A stretch of 64,000 bases of DNA, taken from Octopus sinensis (Eukaryota). A model generated the notes under the pieces. The model ran no database searches. It worked only from the letters and a program-made list of their open reading frames with translations, and had not been told where the DNA came from. Positions 52,137 to 64,000 of the stretch are shown here, one piece after another; the first letter of the stretch is position 1, and each line of letters starts with the position of its first letter. Location: positions 110,236,001 through 110,300,000 of the forward strand of contig NC_043003.1 of NCBI RefSeq assembly GCF_006345805.1, read 5' to 3'. The position numbers and the translations under genes are program-made.

Positions 52137-54254
52137 ATGTGTGTGTGCGTGTGTGTGTGTATGTGCCTGTGTGTGTGTGTTTGTGTGTTTTTATGTGTGT
52201 ATAGAGAGAAAGAGGTAGATAAATGCATATATGTATACATGGTGGTTTTAACGGAAGTATGTGATTTCGAATCGAAAGAACTCAATACACAACTTCTGTA
52301 GATTGACTATTTTCTAATTGTTTCTTTAAATTTCATTTGATTAAATTACCTTATGCAGGATGTTCGTGACGTTTCCTTACTTCTCTTCTGATTGTCAAAT
52401 TCCAATAATTCCAAGGTGATATGCGATTAAAGTTGGTGAAAATGGTAGCATACAGAGCATCAAACACTTCTCCACGAAGGTAAATAAAATGTGCATCAAC
52501 TTTCAAACGTTATTGATGTACACGTGAACGACAATTATTTAGGATGCCAATGGATAATGTTAAATTTTATGAATTAAAAAAAACGGTAACAGTTTTCTGT
52601 AAACGGATGATGTATGCATACATCCTGAGACACAAATAATTGCTTACAATGTGAACAACCAGTTGGTTTCTAAATGATATTCTCCGTAAATGGAATCAAT
52701 TCAGAAGGAATTAGTTGTATCTGGCTTGCCAGGGAAAGAGAGGAAGTTTGTGAGGAATAACTAATTGTATCATATGCGTATTGTTTGACATGTGTGACAG
52801 CTCTATATGTCATTGGTGTATATAGGGAAGCAAGTGGTTGAAAGACAACAGAATCACGGGAAATATGTTTGCATATATAATACATACATAGATACATACA
52901 TACGCTGAGCAATTGAGAAAATTACAGCTACTGTGCCTAAATTACATGTTCAGGTATATACCTGTAATTATTGGTGAGTTGGGATATGTAACAATCTCTT
53001 CATAAATTGAGTTTCACAAAAGGAAAGCGAAAGTTGATTCAATGACTGCAGATCTGAGTTATTACTGGAACTCTACAAAATTGTTAAACTTCCCAGAAGA
53101 GTATAATTTAAGTATACATGATCATGTCTAGACATACATAAAGCAAAGCTTACAAATCTGCACAAGCACTGACGCCAAATAATGCACATATACACATATA
53201 CATGCAAAAATATCCTGTTGATGTTGTTGGAATTCCAAGGAAGTAGCCTTGGATCAAGTTTAGAAACCTGCGTATTGTTTTTTGGCAAAAAATCTTAAAA
53301 TAAAACTGAATAATGGTATACATACAGACATATGCACACATACACACACACATAAACGCATGCATACATACATATATACACATACACACATATACATATA
53401 TACTTACATAGATACATACATATCTATCTTTTCACATACATTTCAATAACTATGTGGCTTATTTCAGGTTTCGTCCTTTTCTGGTGAACGTTCATTGAAC
53501 AACCCTATGATCAAAGGCATTTCCATAGGGATTGCCCAATTCTGTATAGATGCAGTTTAACATAGATTGACAATATTCAGCATTTCATCTTGAAAAACTG
53601 TGCCGTGTGATTTGAGAAAATACTTGGTTGCTATATGGATTTGATTGGGTGAATTGATAAAAATTGTTTTGCTTATGTATGTGAATGTGCGAATGAGAAA
53701 AGGGAAGAAGAGTTAACTAGTATTTTTGGCAATTAGAAAACTATTATTAATGTCGCGCATTTACTACTCTGAGTGACAGGTTGTTCTCGGCTGGTGTGAA
53801 TTTTTAATATTAACAAAGTTAATAAATCAATCATTTCCTCATCACATTGAGTAACGGGTCTTACAGCTTCGAAATAAATATTTGATGATTTCTATAATAA
53901 GATTGAGAATTGTAATTTGATAATTATATATAACTGAAATGAAACGCTACTGTTGTGCAATTATTTTTTGGGGCAGGATGGGGTGGGGGGAATAATTGTT
54001 TTCTAAATGTAGGCTACATACTTTATATGCTAATAAAGCAACCGGGACTCCAGAAATAAGCAAATATAACAATTTAATTCGTGAACAAGTGAAGACAGAG
54101 AATAATCACTAATATTTTTAGATTGAGTTAATCAGTACATAAATATTTCTGCTTGTTTGGTATCTATAAGGACAATAATTACAACCAATATATCCTGATA
54201 CTCAGCATCGAATATATATATATGTGTGTGTGTTATACGTGCGTGCGTGTGTGA

Positions 54255-54455
54255 CCTCGTGAGCACCACCAGCAATCTTTTTTCCTCTGTCTTCCCTTCT
54301 CGGGATCTTTCCTTCTCCTTTGTTTCCGACGAAGAGCTCCGCTCGAAACGTTAAACTCTCCTTCTTCCCTTCTTTTCTGAGCGTCAAATAATACTTTATT
54401 TGTTCGACGTCCTCGCGTTGCTGTGTTTTTTTGTGTGTTTTCTTGTTTGGAATAA
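54255..54455 (+). mobile_element. Family B repeat with hammerhead fold (54322-54356)
   Basis: guuu CCGACGA a gagc ucc gcuc GAAA CG UU aaac; (TA)n tail. Confidence 0.7.
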
Positions 54456-54474
54456 CTATATATATATATATATA

Positions 54475-54985
54475 CTAGCAGTATCGCCCGGCGTTGCTCG
54501 GGTTTGTAAGGGAAATAACTATATAAGCATTTTTAGAGAGTTACTTCCCTTATAGATGCCAATTCGGGCTTTCTTAGCTATTTCCGTTTTTGTGTCTTCA
54601 AGCCATGAAGCCGTTGTTCTAAAAGAACGCTGGTCTCCTTGACAACGCTTTACGACGTTGATTTCCTTACATTCCCTTCCCCACAGCTTCACGAGGGAAG
54701 GAAGAAGGGGGAGAAGCAAACAGGTGCAGGTGTGACCATGGACGCCAACTCCGCCGCCATCGACACACGAAAAATTATGCAATAAAATGGAATAAAAAAT
54801 GATGTTAAATTATTTTTAAAATCGTAGACTCATCGTAGACGCGCGCTAATACTCAGACGGGCTCGATATGAATCACGACTATAAGATACCCGAATTTGGT
54901 TAAACTGCACCGCAAAATGTGGGAGGAGTTAGGAATCTAAATCGAAGGGGACAGACACTCACACAACTACAGTTTTATATATATA
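54475..54985 (-). mobile_element. Non-autonomous Helitron
   Basis: Minus-strand 3' end cccgagcaacgccggg hairpin + cgatactg + CTAG|t, inserted in (TA)n; 5' TC not visible. Confidence 0.8.
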
Positions 54986-55373
54986 CTAGCAGTATCGCCC
55001 GGCGTTGCTCAGGTTTGTAAGGGAAATAACTATAAAGCATTTTTAGAGAGTTATAGCCAAAAAATAGCAAAAAAATGGGAAAAAAACGATGGTAAATTTT
55101 TTTTTTGAGAGTAATAAAAGGTTGAGTTGCGTCCCCTAGACAGTCTGTGGTTTGTTTTTTTTTATTCTCGACCCCATGTCGAATTTATCGATTTTTTTCA
55201 GAACTGGGGGAACTTTTCAAAATTTTCGCTGCGTTAGTTTTGAATTATGACATTGGGCTATGTGTGTGTCAAGTTTCATCAGAATCGGTTGAAAGCCGTG
55301 GTCAGGGTGAGGGTACGAGAAAACAGACACACAGAAACACGCACAGACAAACTGCCGTTTATATAGAGAGAGA
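54986..55373 (-). mobile_element. Non-autonomous Helitron, tandem with the previous one
   Basis: a|TC...hairpin...CTAG|t; shares about 68 bp of 3' end with 54475. Confidence 0.85.
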
Positions 55374-55662
55374 TATATATATAATAGAAATAAGCAATAG
55401 GACGTCAAGATGTGATGCAGTACGACTGTTTGAAGCGGCACTATTTAAATGCAAAGACATCCCAGCTGCATAAATAAATATAATGTTTTAATCAGTTGGG
55501 CGCATTAGTATAACTTTACTTAAATTTTCTAATAGAGCAAGAAGAGGGAAAAAGCAAATAGTTATTCTTATAATCATTAACATTTACTTAAATCTGAAAT
55601 TATACATCCGAATCATTTATTAATTATTATAATGTGATTATCTAATATTTAGTAGACATGTT

Positions 55663-56694
55663 TTACGCATATTTCAATTCAAGGACCCTATTAGGCATAT
55701 TACTAATCAGATGACGAATATTCTCTTGAGGAATTTCTTGCCAAGTTCCATGTAGTAATCTCAAAATATCTGGCTTGGGGGATACTTTCTTGTTCTTTTT
55801 ATCAAGTATCATGTCTGTTATGTCCCAGACGTGTTCAGTAGGGTTCATACCAGATGACTGGCTTGGCCATGGAATATTTTTAATGACATTTTCTTCCAGC
55901 CAAACTTGGTCATTTAGTCATTTTAGCCGAGTGACAAGGAGCACAATCTTCCATAAATAAAGAATTTTCTTTAATAATTTCACTACCGGAAAAGATTGGA
56001 AGGAAACTTTTTTGCAATATGGACACATAGTTATCTGATGTTATGTTTCCTTCAGACTCCACCAGTTCTGATCGACTGTTGCTCGAAATTGCTCCCCAGA
56101 CCATCACAGAAGATCAGGACTCTTTCATTAATGGTTGTAATCTTTTCCCGTCAAACTCTTGGCCACAGACTCTCCAAACCCACACGCGACCACTGTCAGG
56201 AAATACCACAAATCTGAACTCATCAGCTATTATGACAGTGTCCCAAAATGCTAATGGCCTCTCCCTCATCTTACTGGCCCAATCTTCTCTCCATTTCATA
56301 TCGGCTGTTCGAAGAGGTGGCTGCCTTCTTGCTACTCTGCCATAGTAGCCAAGTTTGCAGAAACTGTTGACAGATTTTCTGAGACTGACATCAACTTGTT
56401 CTGTACGTCAGAAGACTTGTAACGGGAATTATCCTCTATATTTCTCATAAGAAAACGAAGGGTCCTGTCAGAGAAACGTACGTGGTCGACCTGCGCGAGG
56501 TGATGTGGAATTCTTCCCTTGTCTGGTGAATTGCACAATAGCTCTATTAACTGTATGAAGCGGGATCCCAAGATTTTCTGTGATTTTACGCTACATAACT
56601 CTACCTTTAGGTTGACCACCATACGGCCTCTTTGCAGTACCAAGGCATCTATTGCACGTTGCCTGATATAGGACCTCAAACGTAAAATTGTCAA
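55663..56694 (-). pseudogene. Tc1-family (DD34E-type) transposase pseudogene
   Basis: FWDTVIIADEFRF, MVWGAIS, FMEDCAPCH, MNPTEHVW in order across frameshifted ORFs; TIRs not identified. Confidence 0.9.
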
Positions 56695-56999
56695 TTAATT
56701 AAAAAAAAATAACTAGCTAGAAGAAGCTATAAAATATTAAGCACCAGCTCTGAGACACACAGGCGAGTTACTTATTATAAAGAGGAAAGGAATTGAAATT
56801 AGACCGAGGAGGATTTTCTGTCTTGTATGAAAGTTTATATTGTTTATACAGGCTGTTAATGCAGCCAAATTATGTGCAACTGTTGCCCCCTTCAACCATA
56901 TTTCCGCTAAATGTCTTCATAATATATTTTGTATGTAAAAAATGATTATACATAATGTTTCAGAAAATCCTAGAAATATTAAACATTTAAAGTGGCTTA

Positions 57000-57210
57000 T
57001 ACGACGTGATAAATTTCGATGTAGAAGCACCGATATTCAATATGTACATATGTGAGAAAATGCTTTGGACAATGCTATAAATTTCCAATTGATAAAACAT
57101 AAGCTTAGGTTCAGATCGCAATAATATGTAATCTAAGCAGCGTAATTGGATGCCTTGTACGAAACAAGTTGGATTTCGATATCATAGAATCTACCTTGCA
57201 ATATAAAGAA
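57000..57210 (+). repeat. 211-bp segment duplicated at 62165-62375, flanked here by a perfect 43-bp direct repeat
   Basis: 7 substitutions and no indels between copies; 56962-57004 = 57207-57249. Confidence 0.95.
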
Positions 57211-58850
57211 AATCCTAGAAATATTAAACATTTAAAGTGGCTTATACGATATAATATTTCCTTTCGTAAGTTTCCATTTTGATTACTAGATGTTTTTGTT
57301 TTTCTGTTTATAATATATTGTAAAATTTAATATGACTGTATTTAATGCGTTGTAATAACACGCAACATGGTTACAGTAGTTTTCACCTAAGGCCCATCTG
57401 TATCTACGCTTACAAATGTTAACGATTAAGTCTCTAAGGGGCGGTTTGAATTCATATCAACTTACTGTACCATCTCATTGAATTTTCCATTAAATTATTC
57501 TTGGGCTATATCTCCGAGAGTAACTATATACTGATGTGTTAAATCTTTACGCAAGTTTCTGAAAAAGTTTCTATCAGCACCGGTTGCATAACTTCTAATG
57601 CCTCGCAAAATAAGTAGTCCATCAGCATGGCAATGTCTGGATTATTTTCAAGTAAATCTAAGACAGAAAATACTATAATTTCTCAGATTTCGTAATCATT
57701 ATATGTTCACGCGTCTAAATGATAAAATTTGTGGTAATTATGTTTAATACCCGACCCTGAAAATTAACCTGACATAGCAAAAATATTCGACCATGAATAA
57801 TGATATGAATGACAGATTCACTAAGCTTCACATTTACAAGAATTTCATGATTTCCAAAACAGTAATAAATGGGTAGAACTCTCCTATACCGCAATGCGTA
57901 CTATTAGTGATACAGGACCAAATGATAAATGATAAACTTCTATTCTATAACGGAAGCGAAGTGACTTGTGTAATGTTAAAAATGATGGAATCTAAAATGT
58001 TGCAACTAACACTAAATATCTTACATTTCAGTCGATTAATAAATCTTCATTTTGTGTTCAAAGGAAATTATGATTGTCATTTTAGAATTGATATACTGTT
58101 ACGAAACACTAACGATCTTAGACTCTAAAATATCTGCTTGCTATTTCTGTTTCGTGTATTTTATCAACATAGTAAATACTAGAGTCGGCGTTCTCTCCGT
58201 TGTTAGCGAACGTATTGGAAATTTGCCTCTAATGTGTTCGAATATCTGTTTTGTACATATTTTATCCTGAAAACATACGTGATTTCCTAAATTCCTCTAT
58301 TCTATATCTTATAAATTGGTACGGAATTCTATGATTTATTTAAATTATTTTCTGAATATCAGACAAACAGCCAATTATTCTTTGGAGTTCCCTTACCAAA
58401 TGAGGTCGAATTTGTTTTCTTTGGTGATAAACGTATCCGATTTAATAAAGAAAGTTTGCTTCAATCTTATTCCACTGATATTTAAGTGTTTTTTTATACA
58501 GGTTCATTTATAATCTTCCATATAGTCTATAGAGAGATTAGAAAAATCTCTAAGAATTATAAATAAGAACAGCATCTCCTTTGGATAATATCTATCATTT
58601 AGTTCTTTAATGTAATTAAAGTTCTTTAATGTAATAAGCGTGAAGGTGGTCTACTTTTACCGCACAAAAAAGTGGTGATTCCAAGGTTAATATACACACA
58701 TACAAGATTTACACTTCGAACACACGAATAATTTTCACCTCTGTTTAAATACAACACAGCTCCAAACCTGTACGTGTCGTTTTCACCTGCACAATTATGA
58801 AGGTACGTCCTCCCTTTTCAAATCAAACTGAAGCTGTAATATGTCTAGAG

Positions 58851-59949
58851 CGGTGATTCTCAAACTGTTTTCCCTGAGACCCGCTACAAATTTCCAGGAA
58901 ATTATATGCCTCACTAGTAGTTGGAAAAAGTAATATTTTATTATATTTATTTAATACAAAAGTATGTACCAGTAATTATTTGATTGAGAAAACGTACATT
59001 ACTAACTAAGAAAAAAGATGAAGTACTTGAAGGAAAACCTTGTGCCTGGCGAATACGGCAGATTTCATTTAGTTGAGGACGAGGACACAATTCTATTAAC
59101 TTCAGCCGTAAATAACCACGTTTTGCAAGTTCAAGTCTGTTTTCCTTGGCTCGAAGCAAATCGTCAACAGCACGAATTCTACACTCAACCACTTCTTGGT
59201 GGTGCTCGTTCAAGTTGCTTAATTTCGCGAAAATATCTCTAAGATAATGGACGTATTTCTGGTTAGTCATTCAAAAGCTCAGTGAGGTTTTCAAATAACT
59301 CAGTTAACCTCTTCAAGCATTTTCATCTTGACAACCATCTTATTTTTGTATGCTCTTCATTTTGATTCACACATAACTGTTTAAAAAGACGTTTAGATTT
59401 AACGTTTCATTCGATGGCATTAAAACAATTGATCATAAATTGCAGAATCTCGTTAAAAATAGGGGAAATTTTCTTAGAAATCTAGTTTACTCGGTGGATG
59501 ATGTAATGCATAGACATGTTTGGATTTTCATCCGTCATTAGTATAAAGCATTCTGTTTTCTTGTCCATCTTAGTCCTATATGATTTAGATGATGGAATGT
59601 TTTACTTTAGTAGTTTTTTGCATCCAAATATTTTTTTAGTTTCTTGTAGATATCAACTGCAGAACTGGTCGTTTCTAGTGAATCAGAGAACAATATCTCT
59701 TGTTGTGATTTTATAAAGATTTGCAAACTTTTCACTTAGTGACTGAAAACATTCCAAATTTGAATTTGCATTATGGGGATGCTTTAATCTCAAATGTGCT
59801 TCTCACCTGCCTGGCTTAGTTTGTACCTGATTCAATGTATTATGACACTCGAAGCAAAATAGTGCTTGTTCATGCACAGCAGGAATAAATCCAAACTTTA
59901 AAATTTCAGTTGAATACTGACGAATTTTCACTTTATTTGGTTTGGTCAT
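58851..59949 (-). mobile_element. hAT (Buster/Charlie-type) transposon remnant
   Basis: MTKPNKVKIRQYSTEILKFGFIPAV, SLETTSSAVDIYKKLKN, RWLSR.KCL, YLRDIFAKLSNLN; terminus cggtgattctcaaactg preceded by gtcTAgag. Confidence 0.8.
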
Positions 59950-60811
59950 TTTAAAATCGAAAAGGGAGTAATGAAATTGCTTATGGAAGCAAAAGATATA
60001 AAATACCCTGGACTTATGTTATGTGGCCATGCTGATGTGACCCCTAATTTAGGATACAGCAGCATGGTTAATTACAAATGTTCATCACAAGGTACGCATA
60101 ACGAAGCAAGGGAACTGAGCTTAAAATAGGCATTAGGTCTACGGTTATGGCCACTCTGTCGTCAGATTTCTTGAGATTATTTGGAAAATCCAAATTCTAC
60201 TTTGTATAAGTTCATTTGAAGATAAAATTGAGCTTAAAAACTTTCACTTTTTCTTAAAACACATACCTTTTAAAACCTTTAACGAAAAGTATATTTCATA
60301 TGATAACTTAACAACTCTTAATAGACGATACCGTGGACTTAGTAAAACCATACAAATGTCAAATGTGTTAGCCTAACCGAAGAACGAAAAACCATTTTTT
60401 TCTTACAGAAAATGAATAATTTAAATTGCTTTCTGTTTATTCACAATTGAAACCATGGTTTAGTAATTCATAGATGTTTTATAATTTTGGTACCAAGTGA
60501 CGGTGAACTCAAAATTAACTCATTTTTCCAACTACAAACGATTTTTGCAGATACACGCCATGCCCTTTCTATAAAATACGTGAACGTAAAAACATCAATA
60601 AATTATCGACTTGTCATAATTATATACTTTCCTTAAAGAAATATCCACACTAGTGTATATTAGGAAACAGTCTTCATACAGTATGCTTGGTTTGGATAGA
60701 CTGGGTATGGGTGTAGTATATTTGGTGGGAAAAAGATTTTACCAATTCCACGTTCCACTAACAAAAAAAGAGAAAAAATATGTTCCCCACGCTACCTCAC
60801 TCTTTTCCTAG

Positions 60812-60840
60812 ATCCCTCGTAGTGAATCCCTGGTCTCGGG
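60812..60840 (+). other. Candidate 29-nt micro-exon
   Basis: cacgctacctcactcttttcctag|ATCCCTCGTAGTGAATCCCTGGTCTCGGG|gtaagt. Confidence 0.3.
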
Positions 60841-61284
60841 GTAAGTAAATATCAATCTGAAATAAGGTCGCCAAACCTATATTGATTCAGAAATTGGAAA
60901 TAATCATGAATCGATTATAGTTAAAATCTATCTTGTGTTTAATTGATATTAACACTTATAAACTCAAATGGTCTATTATATTATATCAATGAATCTATAT
61001 TAATACTTCCTATAGACGTTGTTTCGTTCCCTCGGAGAACAGTGTTTTAATTTGTAACTTTGAACAGATATCGCGCTCAGCGAATACTTCCATCAATGTT
61101 CATTGAAAATATGTCAGACGATACTACGATGTATACTTACACTTACATCAATATTTATTGGGAAATTTTCCAAATGCCAGCTGTCAAAATGCTTCAGTTC
61201 CTGCCAAATTATGGTGCCATATTCTTAAAGTTGGTAATTTATAGAAAACCATTCGTTTACTTAGCAACACTACAAGGAAAACAT

Positions 61285-61348
61285 CATGAAAATCATGAAA
61301 ATCATGAAAATCATGAAAATCATGAAAATCATGAAATCATGAAAATCA
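61285..61348. repeat. 9-bp minisatellite (CATGAAAAT) x7
   Basis: Direct reading; one unit is 8 bp. Confidence 0.97.
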
Positions 61349-62164
61349 CTGCGAACACATGAATAAAAGTTACGTAACTACTTATTGTACATTTTATCCA
61401 TATGATTTTTGAAATGTGAACTTATCAGTTCTGTTTACATATCATTTGATAAATACATATTATGGACTGTGTACGATAACTGGATAGAGATATGAGTAAT
61501 TTCTCCATCCATTTGTAGAATTTACTTGGAATTAAACGTCGAGTATTAGTCATAAATGGATGTGATTTGATATAATTTTGTTTAATTTTGTCATTCTACG
61601 TCTTATCTACCATCGTTTGCATAACAGGGAACGTGAAGCAATTAGTAACTATACAAAAATCCACAGATTGTAATATGCAAAATCTATCTTACTTTTTTGG
61701 AAACGCACACTCAGCAGCTGATGTATTGTGTATTAATTCGTCCATCACCAATAGTATCTTTTTGTATGACAGCATCTTGTGAAGGTTTCTGCAATGAAAG
61801 TACCGGCGATTTTCGGAAAGAAGGGTATTAAAGCAAAATCTTTAACGACCAAAACCTTACCCACTTCATGTGAGAGGAAACATATTCGGTTTCATATGTT
61901 ATATGTCATATGTTATATGATGGAAGATCTCTTTGAATCTATCTATTAAATACGGTTAATAGCATAAATATTTGAAGATATGTCATTTGGCAATGTTTAC
62001 GTCATATATTGTAGAGGTTTATCAAAATGTAAAGTCACCAAACTATACATATTTTTCTCAGAAAAATTGAGGACGTATCTAATACTCACGTATATTACAG
62101 TTTTTCTGTTTTGCATAGAGAATTTTGCAACAATACCATCTGTACTTACATAAAACACAATAAT

Positions 62165-62375
62165 TACGACGTGATAAATTTCGATGTAGAAGCGCCGATA
62201 TTCAATATGTACATACGTGAGAAAATGCTTTGGACAATGCTATAAATTTCCAATTGATAAAACATAAACTTAGGTTCAGATCGCAATAATATGTAATCTA
62301 AGCAGCGTAATTGGATGCCTTGCACGAAACAAGTTGGATTTAGATATCATAGAATCTATCTTGCAATAAAAAGAA
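62165..62375 (+). repeat. Second copy (putative donor) of 57000-57210
   Basis: Direct alignment; no flanking duplication here. Confidence 0.95.
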
Positions 62376-62699
62376 TTGGAAGCCTTTTAGCTTTATGTTT
62401 GTCGTTATATAACATCGTATTATATATTATAAAGCTTCTTACATTTTACATGATGTTTAAATATTTTCATGAAAGTATTATAAATTCTGCAATATAAATG
62501 GCGTTGAGATGAGGTACAACTGCACTAAAAGTGTCCATGCATTTTTAGAAAACACAAATAAGTGATAAGTTTATAAAAGCACAAAATCGTCCCATAGCAG
62601 ATTCCAGTAGATTTAGATCTTCAGATAAGACCATTCTATTCTCTGATAATTCTGAAAGTTTTAATAGAGTAAGCAAAAACACATTCGCAGAGATTCTTA

Positions 62700-64000
62700 A
62701 CAACAGCATTACCCTAACATACAGGAGGGATACCCCTCGGATTTATCACAGTATCAACCATGAGGCCATAGATATAGGGTAGAGATACTTGCAAAGAAAG
62801 ACGCCTTCACAATGATCAAAGATAATAAACCCAACTTCGTCTCTAACCCCAAATGCAGGCCGATAAACCTTGTGAAATCTAAAATCGGACAGGTTAGCAA
62901 ACGGCTTATCAGGTAGATCAGCAACGGCGTTAGAAACGAAACGCCTTTGACATCGTCCTATGGCGTAACACTAACGAGGCCATTACATGATTTGAAACCA
63001 ATAACGGAAGGTGTAGAACTAGATTTACATAAGATTATATAGTGGATTTCTACTCATCTATATCAAGGGAGCTCCTTTCTACGGTACTGGCCTTCACTAG
63101 GGCCTACAATGAAGTAATTCACAAGGACATATGCATTATCATGCATGTCAGAAGGAACCTACTCTTCAGCAAGTGGTCAGCCTGGGCCAAATGAACTTAC
63201 CAGAAGGCTGCTTCGACGTGGCAATGGGAACTTTCGACAATGCTGTCGTGTGTGTCCTTATCGGTTTCTTCATCCTACATGTTGTTAATAATATATTTCC
63301 CTTCAACTAGGTTGGTCTTCTACAGGGATGACGCGCTGGCAATATCAAGAGGAGGAGCAAACGGCCACACTAGGCTTAGAACGGTCACGATAAAAAACGA
63401 CCGGAAAACGCTGGATTTCCTTCATGTGATTCTGGACTTTGAGTTTGGTGACTATAGACCCTTGAGGAAACCAAACGAGAAACTATGATACCTTAAAACA
63501 CGTTTCTGTTACCCAGGCATAGTTTTCAAGAACCTGGTAAAGGGCGCCAGCAGAAGAATCTCAGGCTTATCTTCCAGAAAAAGGATTTGTGATGCTTCCT
63601 TCTCGCACTACAATGAGGCTCCAGCTGCCAGCAATTTCTAGGATAGGATTTGCTATACGCCAGAACCTAACCCCTCCAACAGAGAGCGACATCAGAAAGT
63701 GTTCTGGTTCACACTGCCCTTCTCTTTAAATGTTAAAATCTGAGTAAGTTTTTTCTCAGCTTAGTTGATAAGCACTTCCCCCGTACAAATAGATGCTTAT
63801 GTAGGGTTAACACATGTTCACTGAACGGCCACTGTAACAAAGAGACCGTTGTATATGAGGTAGACATAATAGCCACTGGACTAAATGGGCAAACAAATGT
63901 ACGAAATTATGTAAGAGCAACTGAAGACTCCGCTTTAGCAACCACAAGTCCTCCTTTAACATCCCGGAAAGATGAAACGCCAAAACCCTGGCCAAACACC
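62700..64000 (+). mobile_element. Penelope-like element remnant: RT, Cys-rich linker and start of GIY-YIG, running off the window
   Basis: NPKCRPINLVKSKIG, FDVAMGTFD, YRDDAL, YRPLRKPNEKL, RCLCRVNTCSLNGHC, VVYEV..NYV, NHKSSF. Confidence 0.9.

Noticed and set aside
55400-56900. Terminal inverted repeats for the Tc1 element
   Set aside because: Only weak similarity between the flanks; not supportable by eye.
61060-61362. ORF with HEN repeats
   Set aside because: Produced by the 9-bp minisatellite; non-canonical start.

Overview
Eukaryotic, very AT-rich, microsatellite-dense DNA with no bacterial features (no operons, rRNA, CRISPR). The SINE families and the (TA)n/(TATG)n/(AAT)n landscape point to an octopus (coleoid cephalopod) genome; this is inference from recognised repeat types. 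Almost all ORFs in the supplied track are translated microsatellites. Recognisable content is decayed transposons: three Penelope-like (PLE) RT remnants, two with GIY-YIG parts; an internally deleted R4/Dong-type element in an (AAT)n tract; RTE and CR1/L2-type LINE fragments; Tc1, mariner-like and hAT/Buster transposase remnants; non-autonomous Helitrons; and several tRNA-derived SINEs. No intact protein-coding gene is supported. A few short splice-signal-bounded segments could be exons of a host gene, but chance cannot be excluded. The most interesting signal is eight hammerhead-ribozyme-fold motifs in three short repeat families with palindromic stem III, twice as head-to-head inverted pairs, in a window that also holds three PLE RT remnants. 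Also notable: a 211-bp apparently templated insertion flanked by a perfect 43-bp duplication, a Helitron tandem with a shared 3' end, and several fold-back inverted repeats. All alignments and translations were done by eye, so degenerate element boundaries are approximate.
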